DNA of 64,000 nucleotides from an uncultured Candidatus Saccharibacteria bacterium (GCA_964621395.1 CAZULS010000001.1:135920-199919); one strand, 5' to 3'; positions 8,406-18,801 are shown, counted from the first letter of the stretch. The notes: generated by a model not told the origin, from the letters alone. Numbers and translations: made by a program.

Positions 8406-9938
8406 TTATCGCGCGTACTCTATAACCTTCGTCTCTCGTATCACATGAACCTTAATTTCTCCCGGATATTTGAGCTCTGTCTCTATCTGACGAGCGATTT
8501 TTTGTGCCAAATCTTTTGCCTGCATATCAGTAATTTTCTCCGGCGACACGAAAATGCGGATTTCCCGCCCCGCTTGGAGGGCAAAACATTTCTCCACGCC
8601 TTCAAACGACAAGGTAATCTTCTCCAAATCTTCCAAACGCTTCAAATATTGCTCAATGGAATCGCGCCGTGCGCCCGGACGTCCGCCTGAAATCGCGTCA
8701 GCCGTTTGCACAATAATAGACTCAAGTGTTTCATACGGATATTCTTCATGATGCGACTGCATTGCCTTCACGATTGCCTCATCAGCACCAAATTTCTGCA
8801 AAATACGGCGACCGATTTCCACGTGGGTGCCCTGCACCTCATGATCCACCGCCTTTCCGATATCGTGGAGAAGTGCGCCTGCTTTGGCAATAGGCACGCT
8901 TGCCCCGAGTTCCTCAGCAATCATGCCGGCAATATGCGCCATTTCCACGGAATGCTGAAGCACATTCTGCCCGTAGCTGGTGCGGAAGTGTAAACGCCCC
9001 AAAATGGCAATAATGCGCGGATCAAGATTGAGAATACCGCATTCATATGCCGCCTGCTCACCCTTATCTTTAATGATTTTACTGATTTCGTCTTTTGCCT
9101 TGACGATATAATCTTCAATCTTCGCCGGCTGGATGCGTCCGTCTAGAATGAGATTTTCAAGCGCAACGCGAGCAATCTGACGGCGAACCGGATCAAAGGA
9201 AGAAATGGTAATAGCGCCGGGCGTGTCATCAACGATCACATCCACGCCGGCGGCGCGCTCGAATGCTTTGATGTTGCGTCCTTCTTTTCCGATAATCTTT
9301 CCCTTTATTTCATCCGAGGGAAGGGTAATCGTTGTGGAGGTGATATCGGCATTGGTTGCATTGGCATAGCGCTGCACCGCCGTTGTGAGGATCTCTTGTG
9401 CGCGGCGGTCGAGTTTTTCGGTATTGGCGTTTTCAAGCTTCTGAATACGCACAAGCAAATCTTCTTCATATTGCGCCTCAGCACGCTTATACAATTCCTC
9501 GCGAGCTTCCTCGGAGGAAAGATTGCCAACACGCTCCAATTCTTTTTGCTGCTCTTCTACTGATTTCTCCACTGACTCGCGAATTCCCTTCACTTCCTCG
9601 ATGCGATGTTTCACTTCTTCAATCTGCTTGTCGATATCAAGCTGACGCTTATCCAGGAAGTCTTCTTTTTTCACCAAACGCTGTTCAAGTTCTTTGGCGT
9701 CTGCCTTCTTCTCCTTCGCCTCCTTCTCAGCGTCTCTTAACACGTGCTCCGCTTTTTTCTCCGCTTCGTGTGTGATTTTTGTTGCCGCTTCTTCCGCCGA
9801 AAGACGCATGCGTTTGATCTCAAGCTCCATGCTGCCCTTTTTCCCGAGGGAGATGATGAAACGCAGGAAATACCCGAGGGCGACTCCGACGAGCACGGCG
9901 CCTCCGGCTATCAAAAACATAAAAAGAGTAAAGCTCAT
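8406..9938 (-). CDS. rny: Ribonuclease Y
   Basis: N-terminal TM, coiled coil, KH (IIGKEGRNI), HD (LLHDIGK), ALQAGREIR. Confidence 0.96.
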   Translation of the reverse strand: MSFTLFMFLIAGGAVLVGVALGYFLRFIISLGKKGSMELEIKRMRLSAEEAATKITHEAEKKAEHVLRDAEKEAKEKKADAKELEQRLVKKEDFLDKRQLDIDKQIEEVKHRIEEVKGIRESVEKSVEEQQKELERVGNLSSEEAREELYKRAEAQYEEDLLVRIQKLENANTEKLDRRAQEILTTAVQRYANATNADITSTTITLPSDEIKGKIIGKEGRNIKAFERAAGVDVIVDDTPGAITISSFDPVRRQIARVALENLILDGRIQPAKIEDYIVKAKDEISKIIKDKGEQAAYECGILNLDPRIIAILGRLHFRTSYGQNVLQHSVEMAHIAGMIAEELGASVPIAKAGALLHDIGKAVDHEVQGTHVEIGRRILQKFGADEAIVKAMQSHHEEYPYETLESIIVQTADAISGGRPGARRDSIEQYLKRLEDLEKITLSFEGVEKCFALQAGREIRIFVSPEKITDMQAKDLAQKIARQIETELKYPGEIKVHVIRETKVIEYAR

Positions 9939-10095
9939 ACCTGCATGTTCCTCCGAACACGACAACACAGGGCTTTCATTCAGGCGTACGACAAACTATG
10001 CGCGCATGGGTGTTATGCGACGCGAAAAGAAAAGACGAAAAGCGTTGAAACGAAAATCCAAAATCATACGTGTTCGTAATGGAAAGATAATTTCG

Positions 10096-10285
10096 AGAGC
10101 CTGTTCACGGTTCTCATGTCGTGCGTTAATGCATCATATACCGAGCGAAAATCGTGAAAAACGGTGATAGAGTACTATCGTACTTTGAGACGTTTTGAGC
10201 GATTTGCAGCCGGTATATGGTGCATTAAGCCGACAAGGATATATTGTTCTTCGTTTAATTCCGTTGAGAACTGTGAACAGGCTCT
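10096..10285 (-). mobile_element. ~190-bp rod-like palindromic element (RPE/MITE-like)
   Basis: AGAGCCTGTTCAC..GTGAACAGGCTCT ends; homologous to 17902-18091 in inverse orientation. Confidence 0.75.
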
Positions 10286-10531
10286 AGGCCACACTGCCTA
10301 TCATGTATGCCGTGTAAGACAGTGTGGAGGACTAATAACCTATACCCTGAGTGTACTATGGAATGGCTAAAATGGCAAATATCTTGGGAGCTTATAGCTG
10401 GTAGCTTGTAGCTTATAGAAAAAAGGCGCGCTGACGCGCGCCTCTCTGGGGATATCCAAGACAATTGACCGTAAGCGCTTGTCGTGCTATGAATAATGCA
10501 GTTGTACTTGCATAACTAAAATTCAGTGAAA

Positions 10532-11329
10532 ATGAAAAAAGATGATCGGTTACCGGGAAGGTTTACATTGTGCCGCTTCAGAGTTCTTGTATTTCTCGAG
10601 AATCATGGAGCAGGTTGGATACCTCTCCTTTTTGAGAAACCACAAGGGGCCATTGTATTTGGATATATTCCAGGCGCCTGTATTCTTGGTATTATAGGCG
10701 CTTGGAGTCTGTGGGCTCTTTTGGGTACGTTGGTTGCTGCAGGGGCAGGTATGTTTTGGAGTATCCATTTTCTGTACCAAAGACATCTTCTTTGGTATAA
10801 AAAATATCAGGAAGAATGGGCGCGTCGCTATGATATGATTCTCAGGGCGATTTCTCCGGAAGTTTATGATTCTTTTCAGGAAGATGGGGAGATACCCAAG
10901 GATTCGTTTTGTGCAATGAACATTCTTGCCAACTTGAAACCGAGACTATCAGCGGAGCTTTTGGGAGACTATGATGATTCAACAAAAATCAGGCTCTTGG
11001 AATCGTTTCAGAATGAAATAGGACGCACATATTTCAGACTCCCTCTTTTATTTATCGGATACGATGAAATAGTCAAAGTTATTGATTCGTTTACGAGTAG
11101 GAAGGTTTTTCTTAAACCAGAGGACTATGTCGGTGGAGATACCTCTCTTATTGATGCGATTTTAAAATGCCAAGATTACATGTTGGAGAAGAATGATGAG
11201 ACAATCAGTCAGATAAGAGAAACTTTTTCAAAGCATAAGGAAAACGATATCGATCAAATAGGTGTCATTAAAGCGTACTTTTCTGAAAGGGAGACAGCTC
11301 GTAGAAGACATGTGGAACAAGCCGGGTAA
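10532..11329 (+). CDS. Hypothetical membrane protein (ORFan cassette)
   Basis: 2 TM plus soluble domain; TTGACC promoter at 10465; terminator at 11319-11343. Confidence 0.7.
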   Translation: MKKDDRLPGRFTLCRFRVLVFLENHGAGWIPLLFEKPQGAIVFGYIPGACILGIIGAWSLWALLGTLVAAGAGMFWSIHFLYQRHLLWYKKYQEEWARRYDMILRAISPEVYDSFQEDGEIPKDSFCAMNILANLKPRLSAELLGDYDDSTKIRLLESFQNEIGRTYFRLPLLFIGYDEIVKVIDSFTSRKVFLKPEDYVGGDTSLIDAILKCQDYMLEKNDETISQIRETFSKHKENDIDQIGVIKAYFSERETARRRHVEQAG

Positions 11330-11390
11330 TTCCGGCTTTTTTTGTGTCCTTTCTTTTCAAAGTCTTTTCATATATACTGTCCGTATCGGT

Positions 11391-11594
11391 ATGTATGAGA
11401 AGCTGAAGAATTATGCGACGAGGATTGATGCCGAGGCGGACGGCGCAGTGCTGAAAGTGCACGGTGTTCCCTACATATTGTCATCCGACGATGCCGGTGG
11501 CATGCGCCCCGATGTTGGGATGTCAACGGGAGGCGTGTGGCTGTCTGTTGATGAAAAAGACATCGACACGGCACGAACCATTCTCAATGTATAA
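11391..11594 (+). CDS. DUF2007-like small protein
   Basis: AVLKVHGVP...GGVWLSVDEKDIDTARTIL pattern. Confidence 0.7.
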   Translation: MYEKLKNYATRIDAEADGAVLKVHGVPYILSSDDAGGMRPDVGMSTGGVWLSVDEKDIDTARTILNV

Positions 11595-11636
11595 TTTTTT
11601 GTCTATTAATTTCCTAATTTTTTAATCTCCTAACCT

Positions 11637-12233
11637 ATGCTTATTCCCACAGTTATCGAAAAATCACAATTTGGTGAGCGCGCGTATGATATTTATTCGC
11701 GTTTGCTTAAGGAGCGTATTATCTTTTTGGCAGGACCGATTGATGATGCTGTTGCCAATACGGTGATTGCCCAGCTCCTGTTTCTTGAGTCTGAAGATCC
11801 AAAGAAAGACATCAGCTTGTATATCAATTCGCCGGGCGGGTATGTGCATGGAGGGTTGGCGATTTATGATACGATGCAGCACATTAAGCCGGCTGTCTCT
11901 ACGATTTGTGTCGGTATGGCCGCTTCTATGGCATCGGTGATTCTCTCAGGGGGCGAGAAAGGGAAGCGATTTGTATTGCCGCGCGCGGAAGTGATGATTC
12001 ATCAGCCGCTTGGTGGCGTGGAAGGACAGGCGAGTGATATTGAAATCTCCGCAAAGCATATTTTGAAACAGCGCGCGCTTCTGAATAAAGAGCTTGCGAA
12101 AAATACCGGCCAGACATTGGCGAAAATCGAAAAAGACGTAGAACGCGATTTCTTCATGGATGCCGAAGAAGCGAAGAAGTACGGCATTGTGGACGCGATT
12201 TTGAAAGAGAAGAATGGGAAGAAAGAACGATAA
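11637..12233 (+). CDS. clpP: ATP-dependent Clp protease proteolytic subunit
   Basis: [33 protein letters not shown]. Confidence 0.97.
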   Translation: MLIPTVIEKSQFGERAYDIYSRLLKERIIFLAGPIDDAVANTVIAQLLFLESEDPKKDISLYINSPGGYVHGGLAIYDTMQHIKPAVSTICVGMAASMASVILSGGEKGKRFVLPRAEVMIHQPLGGVEGQASDIEISAKHILKQRALLNKELAKNTGQTLAKIEKDVERDFFMDAEEAKKYGIVDAILKEKNGKKER

Positions 12234-12335
12234 TGATAAACAGAAAACGATAAACGATAAACTAAACTAACAAGCGGCGCCTAATGGCGCCGCTTGTGTG
12301 TTGTGTAAAAAAGGCACCGCGTAGCGGTGCTGAAC

Positions 12336-12644
12336 TTAGTCACTTCCATACGGAAAGTGCCCGAAAAATGCTTTGCTTTCCAGCCAAGACACAAGGAAGC
12401 GACAAAGTCTCTTGAGGATTCGGAAGACAATGAATCCTACTGAAAACCATATCCCTGAAATTTTTAATGTCTCCAAATGGTCACTACTTGTGCCGATAGT
12501 GAATACCACAAAAAATAGAGCAACAAGGAACGGTGCCCACGCGTAGGCGACATGTCTTTTCGGAACTATGTCGAAAAAGCAGTGATTCCATATTGGGATT
12601 GTGAAGAATCCCATCACGAAAGAGACGCACATAAGGATTGTCAT
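12336..12644 (-). CDS. Hypothetical membrane protein (ORFan cassette)
   Basis: 3 TM, AAGGAGG SD, own promoter and terminator. Confidence 0.7.
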   Translation of the reverse strand: MTILMCVSFVMGFFTIPIWNHCFFDIVPKRHVAYAWAPFLVALFFVVFTIGTSSDHLETLKISGIWFSVGFIVFRILKRLCRFLVSWLESKAFFGHFPYGSD

Positions 12645-12779
12645 AGCATCCTCCTTTACAGGAAAAAGTTAAGAAATTTTTTCTATAGGCGAATATACTA
12701 CAAGGTACGTTATTTCGCAAGGGAAAGCGGCGCGGTCTTTGAGGACCGCGCCGCTTATTCTTTTTCAGGAATCAAACGA

Positions 12780-13928
12780 TTATTTCATCCCTTCCAAAAA
12801 GATAAAGACTGCATCGTTGGTGAGAATGGTTTCCACGTATACGCGCACGTTATCTTCTCCTGCATCTTTGTATTGTTCAAGAAGCGCTTTTGTTTCTTCC
12901 TCCAGGCGTTTTGCATCAGGTTGGATGTTTTCCGTGACGGCAATTTTGTTCAATACAAGCTGTGTCTTTGCGCGCTTTTCAGCGTCGGGGCGCCATTCTT
13001 TTCGCAAATCTTCACGCTCTTTTTTGATGTGCTTGAGGTATTCATCAAATTTGAGCCCCATGCGCGCGATATCGCTCTCAAATTGTGCCATCATGCGATC
13101 GAGTTCACCCTCAATCATCACTCCGGGAACCGACACCTTCGTTCCTTCGAGGATTGCATCCATAATAAGGCCACGATGTTTCTGTGCTTCACGGTGTGTT
13201 TTCTCGTGAAGCATATTGTCTTTGAGTTGTTTTTTGAAATCGTTCACATCTTTGAAATTACCCAAACCTTTGGCAATCTCATCAGTGAGCTCGATAGGGG
13301 TATTATCTTTCTTGGCCGACCGAGCGCCACTTTTATCTTCTTTTGAAAGAGGTGCTCGGTTTAGGCTCTTTTCTTCCTCATTCTTTTCACTTTCCTCGGA
13401 AGGAGATGTCTCAGCATCAGCCATGTCGGCCTCGGCAGCTCGTTGCTTCAAAATTTGCTGAATCGTCTCTTCTACTTCCGCATCGGAAACGCTTACCTTC
13501 TCTTTCTTTTCATTTGCTTCTTTGGCAGCTTTTTTATAATCAGGAAGAACAACCTCAGGCATCACCGCTACAGTAACAGAAAAACCGAGAGGGGAGCCGG
13601 CACCGATTTTGGTAATGGAAATTTCCGGACGGCCAATAATCTGAATGTCTTTGGCAAGAATAAGCTGCGGATAATGCGCCGCGATGGTGTCGCGAGCCAT
13701 CTCTTCCAAGATGCCCATATCGCCAATATGCTTTTTGAGCACATCTTCCGGCACATGACCCTTGCGAAAGCCATCAATGGATACGTGTTCGGAAAGCTTT
13801 TTCACGACACGTGCACGATGTTTTTCCATTTCATCAAAGGGAAGCTCGCCGAGAATGGTAACGGTGGAATCATCATTTTTGGTGACGGTAAATCCGTCGT
13901 AGAGTGTGTTTGTGTTTGTTTCTGACAT
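12780..13928 (-). CDS. tig: Trigger factor (PPIase domain reduced)
   Basis: IDGFRKGHVP ribosome-binding motif; carries a palindromic insert at 13314-13366. Confidence 0.93.
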   Translation of the reverse strand: MSETNTNTLYDGFTVTKNDDSTVTILGELPFDEMEKHRARVVKKLSEHVSIDGFRKGHVPEDVLKKHIGDMGILEEMARDTIAAHYPQLILAKDIQIIGRPEISITKIGAGSPLGFSVTVAVMPEVVLPDYKKAAKEANEKKEKVSVSDAEVEETIQQILKQRAAEADMADAETSPSEESEKNEEEKSLNRAPLSKEDKSGARSAKKDNTPIELTDEIAKGLGNFKDVNDFKKQLKDNMLHEKTHREAQKHRGLIMDAILEGTKVSVPGVMIEGELDRMMAQFESDIARMGLKFDEYLKHIKKEREDLRKEWRPDAEKRAKTQLVLNKIAVTENIQPDAKRLEEETKALLEQYKDAGEDNVRVYVETILTNDAVFIFLEGMK

Positions 13929-13934
13929 AATATA

Positions 13935-14129
13935 GGAACCTGCCTCGCATTAAAACATGTTAATAAATATTCCACGTTTTCACGTGTCCATTCGACAGCT
14001 CTCGTAACAAAAATCCGGCTGCAACTTGTCGTTCAATTTAGTCGTGTGATAGCACGGCTAAATCTCCACGACGGTGTTTCGCTCGAATTTTTTTCACGAG
14101 AGCAAGTCGTTTAATACGAGGCAGATTCC
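13935..14129 (+). mobile_element. ~190-bp rod-like palindromic element
   Basis: GGAACCTGCCTCG..CGAGGCAGATTCC ends; CGGCTGC/TCGCTCG core. Confidence 0.7.
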
Positions 14130-14197
14130 CCCGAGTGTACCTCAAAAGAACAGAAAAGGCAAAAAACAATTACGTCACCCCTGATTGCGTCTTAGTC

Positions 14198-15028
14198 TTA
14201 CGAAGAATTTATTAACTCACTTATTCTCAAAGCAAAAAATTCTTTCGTAATGACTTTTATTCCCGCTTCATTAGTATGCCAATTGTCTTTTGAAAATTCT
14301 TTCGAAACCCTGTCGGTGTTTATTCTCACAAGTTCTGTTCCGGGAAAAGACATTTTTTGAAAATGTGCCCACCCGCGTCGTTGAGAGAACGGCGAGTTAA
14401 CCAGAATGATTTTTTGATGAGGGACGTCTGATTGCTCTAAAAGATTAAGAGACCGTTTTACATTATCAGGGACGGTGATTGACTGATCTTCGCTAATAAT
14501 ATCGTCTTCAGGAACTCCGTTCTGGACGGCAAATGTTTTCAACATATTCGCCTCAGCCTCTTGCACAATATCTTTCTCATAAAAGGGCGATTTGCCGCTT
14601 ACGAGTATGTAGGGTGCCAGACCTTGTTTGTATAACTCAATTGCTTTCTCCATGCGAAACGTTTTCTTTCCGCCAAAGACAAAAATAATATCAGCGTGCT
14701 CAAGAGAATCTTCCTCGGAAAGATAATCATATAGTGCGTTAAACAACACTTTGTTCTCCGGATTGGTATCTGAGAGAATCGCCTTGCTTAAGTTTTGAAA
14801 TAATTCAACAGTCTCATTAAAAAGACGTTCGTCAGCAAAATCTTCGAAAGTGAATTTATTTGTGAAAAAGTTATTTGGTAAATGATACGCTTGGAGAAGG
14901 TCGAGGACTGAGGAAAAGTCCGCATAGTGGGATAACTCTTTTTCTTTGGGGATGACTCGCTTGTCTTCGTACGCGAGAATATGACAGAGTTCATTATATG
15001 TTGGGAGTTGCGCGGGATTTGTTCGCAT
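14198..15028 (-). CDS. YdcF/DUF218-family protein
   Basis: ADIIFVFGG, LVSG, EA..L....GVPEDDI..E..S.T..N motifs. Confidence 0.8.
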   Translation of the reverse strand: MRTNPAQLPTYNELCHILAYEDKRVIPKEKELSHYADFSSVLDLLQAYHLPNNFFTNKFTFEDFADERLFNETVELFQNLSKAILSDTNPENKVLFNALYDYLSEEDSLEHADIIFVFGGKKTFRMEKAIELYKQGLAPYILVSGKSPFYEKDIVQEAEANMLKTFAVQNGVPEDDIISEDQSITVPDNVKRSLNLLEQSDVPHQKIILVNSPFSQRRGWAHFQKMSFPGTELVRINTDRVSKEFSKDNWHTNEAGIKVITKEFFALRISELINSS

Positions 15029-15086
15029 AAATTATAGTATATGTGATTCTTGTTTCTTGTCCACATTTCTATTTTAAAAGGAAGGG

Positions 15087-15130
15087 TTGCATCCAAAAGA
15101 ATGGGGGAGTATAATGAGTGAGTACTCACT
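15087..15130 (+). promoter_or_regulatory. sigma70 promoter with palindromic (TetR-type) operator
   Basis: TTGCAT-17-TATAAT followed by perfect palindrome AGTGAGTACTCACT (15117-15130). Confidence 0.7.
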
Positions 15131-15146
15131 TTAATCACTCAGGCAT

Positions 15147-16034
15147 ATGCTCACAAAATTTTTCTCAGACCTTCTCATAAAATCGGGTAAGGCGCCGGTA
15201 TTCGACAACCCCGCCGACTATGGTCTTGAGTATGAAGATGTTACATTCACTACCGACGATGGTGTAGAACTTTCAGGATGGCTTATCAAAGGAGGGACCG
15301 ACAAGGTCATTATCCAGACGCACTTTGGTATTCAGTCTTCTCGCAGCGGTTTTACCCTCAAGGGCAAAAACCCCATGACCAGACTGCTCTGGAATGATGA
15401 TATTCATTTTCTCAAGCAAGCAAAATATCTGCAAGAAGCCGGATACTCGGTGCTCATGTATGATATGCGTAATCACGGCAAGAGCGACAGAGGGGTAAGT
15501 GAATGGATTCAATATGGCCTCGATGAACGCAAGGATGTACTTGCGGCGGTGGAATATATTTCCGGCAGGGAGGAATATCAAAATGCTGCCATAGGGCTTC
15601 TGAGCATCTGTATGGGTGCGGCAGCGACAACATTTGCCTACGGTATGGAAGAAAAAATGAGGCAGCATGCGAATGTAAAAGTCGTAGTCGCTATTCAACC
15701 ACTGACGTATGATCATTTTGTGCGGGTGCTTGGTCTCCCTGAGAACATGATTGCGCGGATCAATGCCTTCAATAAAGAAGAGCGAGGGGTTGATCTCACA
15801 GGGGATTCATTTTTGTCAAGCGCAAAGCATGTCACCGTCCCCACGCTTCTGGTGCAGAATCAAAATGATCCGATGACCAATATGGATATGGTGAAGCAAT
15901 ATTTCGAAGATCTTCCCGAAGAGAAAGAAATGCTCTGGCTTGACCTCAAGAAAAAACGCGGTGCGGCGTATGACTGGCTTACCAAAACACCGGAGCCGAT
16001 TCTCCGTTGGTTTGATGCTTATGTCCGTCCGTAG
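15147..16034 (+). CDS. Alpha/beta hydrolase
   Basis: LSGWLI, YDMRNHGKS, SICMG nucleophile elbow (Cys). Confidence 0.85.
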   Translation: MLTKFFSDLLIKSGKAPVFDNPADYGLEYEDVTFTTDDGVELSGWLIKGGTDKVIIQTHFGIQSSRSGFTLKGKNPMTRLLWNDDIHFLKQAKYLQEAGYSVLMYDMRNHGKSDRGVSEWIQYGLDERKDVLAAVEYISGREEYQNAAIGLLSICMGAAATTFAYGMEEKMRQHANVKVVVAIQPLTYDHFVRVLGLPENMIARINAFNKEERGVDLTGDSFLSSAKHVTVPTLLVQNQNDPMTNMDMVKQYFEDLPEEKEMLWLDLKKKRGAAYDWLTKTPEPILRWFDAYVRP

Positions 16035-16062
16035 CTAGAAACCATCTCATAGTACATGGTTT

Positions 16063-16168
16063 ATCCAGCCCCACTTTCACTGATTACCTCAACGTGTCCT
16101 TTCTCGTTAGAAATGAACATTAACGAAACATGGTAACAATACACAAATGAGTGAAAGTGGGGCTGGAT
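16063..16168. repeat. ~103-bp inverted-repeat bracket element
   Basis: Perfect 19-bp IR ATCCAGCCCCACTTTCACT, 106 bp. Confidence 0.75.
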
Positions 16169-16262
16169 TGCCAAGCATCTACACGAAGTGTAAAGTATTA
16201 TTTTGAGCGGTTTAATATGAGATGGGTTCTAGTATCATTATCAGTATTATTTTTTAACGCGT

Positions 16263-17318
16263 ATGAATACACACAACAAAGTGCTGAAGATTGTGGGATA
16301 TGTCGCTGCCATTTGTATCATTCTTCTCGTCGCCTTTAATATCTACGGTCGAACACAGTACAATCCGTCGGGGTTACTCTCTGAAGCGGCTCCCAATCAA
16401 GAATTGCAGGTAGGGAAAAATACGGTTGAATATCTGAGTAATGGAGACAGCATTTCCGCATTCCTCTTTATCCCCGAGGATTATGTGCAGGGGGAGAAGC
16501 GTCCGGCAATTGTGGTGACACCTCCGCACACGGGTGTGAAAGAGCAGACAGCCGGCATGTATGCTGAAGAATTAAGCAAGAAAGGATATATCACGCTGGC
16601 ATTTGACCCGCGAGGATTTGGAGCAAGTGGAGGACACAGGGGATATTTGAGTTCTCCAAGGCAAATTGAAGACTTGGAGCGTTCCTTTGATTATCTCCTC
16701 ACACTTGAGCACATAGATGCCGAGCAGATGTTTAGCTTGGGTATGTGTGCGGGTTCGGGTGTGGCGGCCTATGAAGCGATGAACGATTCACGCATTCAGG
16801 CACTTGCCATTGTGAGCCCGTATCTGACAGGAGCAAGAGATAATGGAGGGGAATCACCATTCATAAAGAATGCAGTCTACGCGCTCCATGGTTTCCTCAA
16901 GACATATCATGCACTTACCGGAGGCGATGTCGTGCGATCGCTCGTTCCCACAACGGATGAAGAAGCGAAAGGGGCAAATGCGATAACCAAGGGCATGATG
17001 GAGTATTATTTACCGGGGACGCCCGGGGGTGTTCCGAACTGGAGCAATGATTTGAGCGCACTCTCAGTATTGCCGGTTATTGAATTCTCCATTTTTGATT
17101 ACCCTCGCGGATTCGACACAATCCCCACGCTTACGGTATACGGCTCGGAAGCGGTGAGCAAAGATGGGGCGATGATGTTCTATGACATGGTGGGAGGTCC
17201 GAAGGAGGAGCTTGTCCTTGAGGGTGCGGGACATTTTGAGCTGTATTGGATGCCGGAGTATGTTGGTCCGGCAGTTGAGAAGATCGATGAGTTCTTCAAG
17301 AAGTATGGTGCTCGATAA
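16263..17318 (+). CDS. Alpha/beta hydrolase with N-terminal anchor
   Basis: GVKEQTAG.YA, FDPRGFGASGG, GMCAGSG, GAGHFELY. Confidence 0.85.
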   Translation: MNTHNKVLKIVGYVAAICIILLVAFNIYGRTQYNPSGLLSEAAPNQELQVGKNTVEYLSNGDSISAFLFIPEDYVQGEKRPAIVVTPPHTGVKEQTAGMYAEELSKKGYITLAFDPRGFGASGGHRGYLSSPRQIEDLERSFDYLLTLEHIDAEQMFSLGMCAGSGVAAYEAMNDSRIQALAIVSPYLTGARDNGGESPFIKNAVYALHGFLKTYHALTGGDVVRSLVPTTDEEAKGANAITKGMMEYYLPGTPGGVPNWSNDLSALSVLPVIEFSIFDYPRGFDTIPTLTVYGSEAVSKDGAMMFYDMVGGPKEELVLEGAGHFELYWMPEYVGPAVEKIDEFFKKYGAR

Positions 17319-17353
17319 AAGATACTGTAATAATAAATGTTTGCACAATATCT

Positions 17354-17902
17354 ATGACCAAAAAAGAGAAATTATTACAAACAGCACTGGAGCTATTTGC
17401 CACACAAGGCGTGGGCAATACCTCTACGGCTCAGATTACACAGGAAGCTGGTGTGGCTGAAGGGACACTCTTTGTGCATTTCAAAAACAAACAAGCACTT
17501 GTCGATGCTGTGTATACACACATTAAAGCGCATGAGGCGGAAGTGTTTGGAGAGGCAATTCATCAAGAAAAAAGCGCGGAGGCTAATGTTAAAGAACTGT
17601 CAAAGAGCATGGTCCGACATTTTGTGGAACACTACAATGAATTGTTGTTTATTGAGAACGTGAAGCACTTGGATTTGGTGTCGGAGAAAGCTGTGAAGGA
17701 AGCGCATACATCACTTACCGTACTTTTTGAAGTGTTTGCAACGTGGCAAAAGAGAGGAGAGATAAAGGCGGTTGATTTGAATGTACTTGGTGCCATGGTG
17801 TGGGCAATGATAGTATCGCTCACAGAATATTGTAAGAAGAATAACAAAAAAGTCACCGATATGTTGGTGGAGCCGATTTGGGATGCGGTCAAGTCTCACT
17901 AA
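17354..17902 (+). CDS. TetR/AcrR transcriptional regulator
   Basis: TALELFATQG..TSTAQI..AGVAEGTLFVHFKNK. Confidence 0.92.
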   Translation: MTKKEKLLQTALELFATQGVGNTSTAQITQEAGVAEGTLFVHFKNKQALVDAVYTHIKAHEAEVFGEAIHQEKSAEANVKELSKSMVRHFVEHYNELLFIENVKHLDLVSEKAVKEAHTSLTVLFEVFATWQKRGEIKAVDLNVLGAMVWAMIVSLTEYCKKNNKKVTDMLVEPIWDAVKSH

Positions 17903-18091
17903 GAGCCTGTTCATGGTTCTCAACGGAATTGAAAGAAAAAGAATAAATCCTTGTCGGCTTAATACACTGTTATACCGGCTGCAAATCGCTTAAAATGTCT
18001 TGAAGTACGAGAGTACTCCCGCGCCATTTTTCACGATTTTCGCTCGGTATAACAGTGCATTACGCACGACAAAGAACCATGAACAGGATCT
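17902..18091 (+). mobile_element. ~190-bp rod-like palindromic element
   Basis: AGAGCCTGTTCATGGTTCT..AGAACCATGAACAGGATCT; begins in the tetR stop codon. Confidence 0.75.
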
Positions 18092-18102
18092 AACATCGCC
18101 AA

Positions 18103-18141
18103 ATAAAAAACAACACCCGCATGCAGGTGTTGTTTTTTGGT
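18103..18141. repeat. 39-bp terminator hairpin, direct repeat copy 1
   Basis: Identical to 18763-18801. Confidence 0.85.
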
Positions 18142-18180
18142 TTTGTTTCCTGTTAGTGCATTTCATGGTAAGATGATTAT

Positions 18181-18426
18181 ATGAGCAAAACAGAAAAACA
18201 GAAAAAAGAAGCGATGGTTCGTGTGCCTCTGTCGGCGTTCAGATCGCTTTCGCGGTATCCGCGGGAAAAGAAAATCGTCGTGGAAATTTCCACGGACGAT
18301 ATTGCGCGTGTCAACAAAGCGGAAACACTTGATGAAATTATCAACGAAGCACGTCTTGAATACGCGACCGGAGATTACACGACACACAGAACGGCGAAAA
18401 GTGTTATTGCCACGCTTGAAGCATAA
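18181..18426 (+). CDS. Putative type II antitoxin
   Basis: 81 aa, directly upstream of a RelE-type toxin. Confidence 0.7.
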   Translation: MSKTEKQKKEAMVRVPLSAFRSLSRYPREKKIVVEISTDDIARVNKAETLDEIINEARLEYATGDYTTHRTAKSVIATLEA

Positions 18427-18428
18427 GT

Positions 18429-18698
18429 ATGATACACGTCAATGTTTCTCCGCGTTTCAAGCGGGCATATAAAAAGTTGCCGCGCCATATTAAAAACAGT
18501 TTTCAGAAACGTGTAGAAGTGTTTGCGGAAGATCCGTGGCATCCATCGCTCAAAACACACAGACTCAAGGGTGCGTATCAGGAGTGTCTGTCTTTCAGAC
18601 TTGATGACGGCTACCGAGTGCTTTTTGAATTCTCTTCCGCGCATGCCGTGGATCTCTTAGATGTCGGACCGCACGACTTATATCGTAAGCGACGGTAG
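18429..18698 (+). CDS. RelE/StbE/YafQ-family toxin
   Basis: FKRAYKKL..PSLKTHRLKG..YRVLF..DVGPHDLY. Confidence 0.88.
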   Translation: MIHVNVSPRFKRAYKKLPRHIKNSFQKRVEVFAEDPWHPSLKTHRLKGAYQECLSFRLDDGYRVLFEFSSAHAVDLLDVGPHDLYRKRR

Positions 18699-18762
18699 AA
18701 ATGTATCTGTGTTCCTATGGCTTGTTCCAAAGATAAGGTGTGTCCAGAACCAAACAGAAGGT

Positions 18763-18801
18763 ATAAAAAACAACACCCGCATGCAGGTGTTGTTTTTTGG
18801 T
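18763..18801. repeat. 39-bp terminator hairpin, direct repeat copy 2
   Basis: Identical to 18103-18141. Confidence 0.85.

Noticed and set aside
906-13925. Long antisense ORFs (906-1529, 1911-2675, 12552-13346, 13443-13925)
   Set aside because: Shadows of well-supported genes on the opposite strand, with no recognisable motifs.
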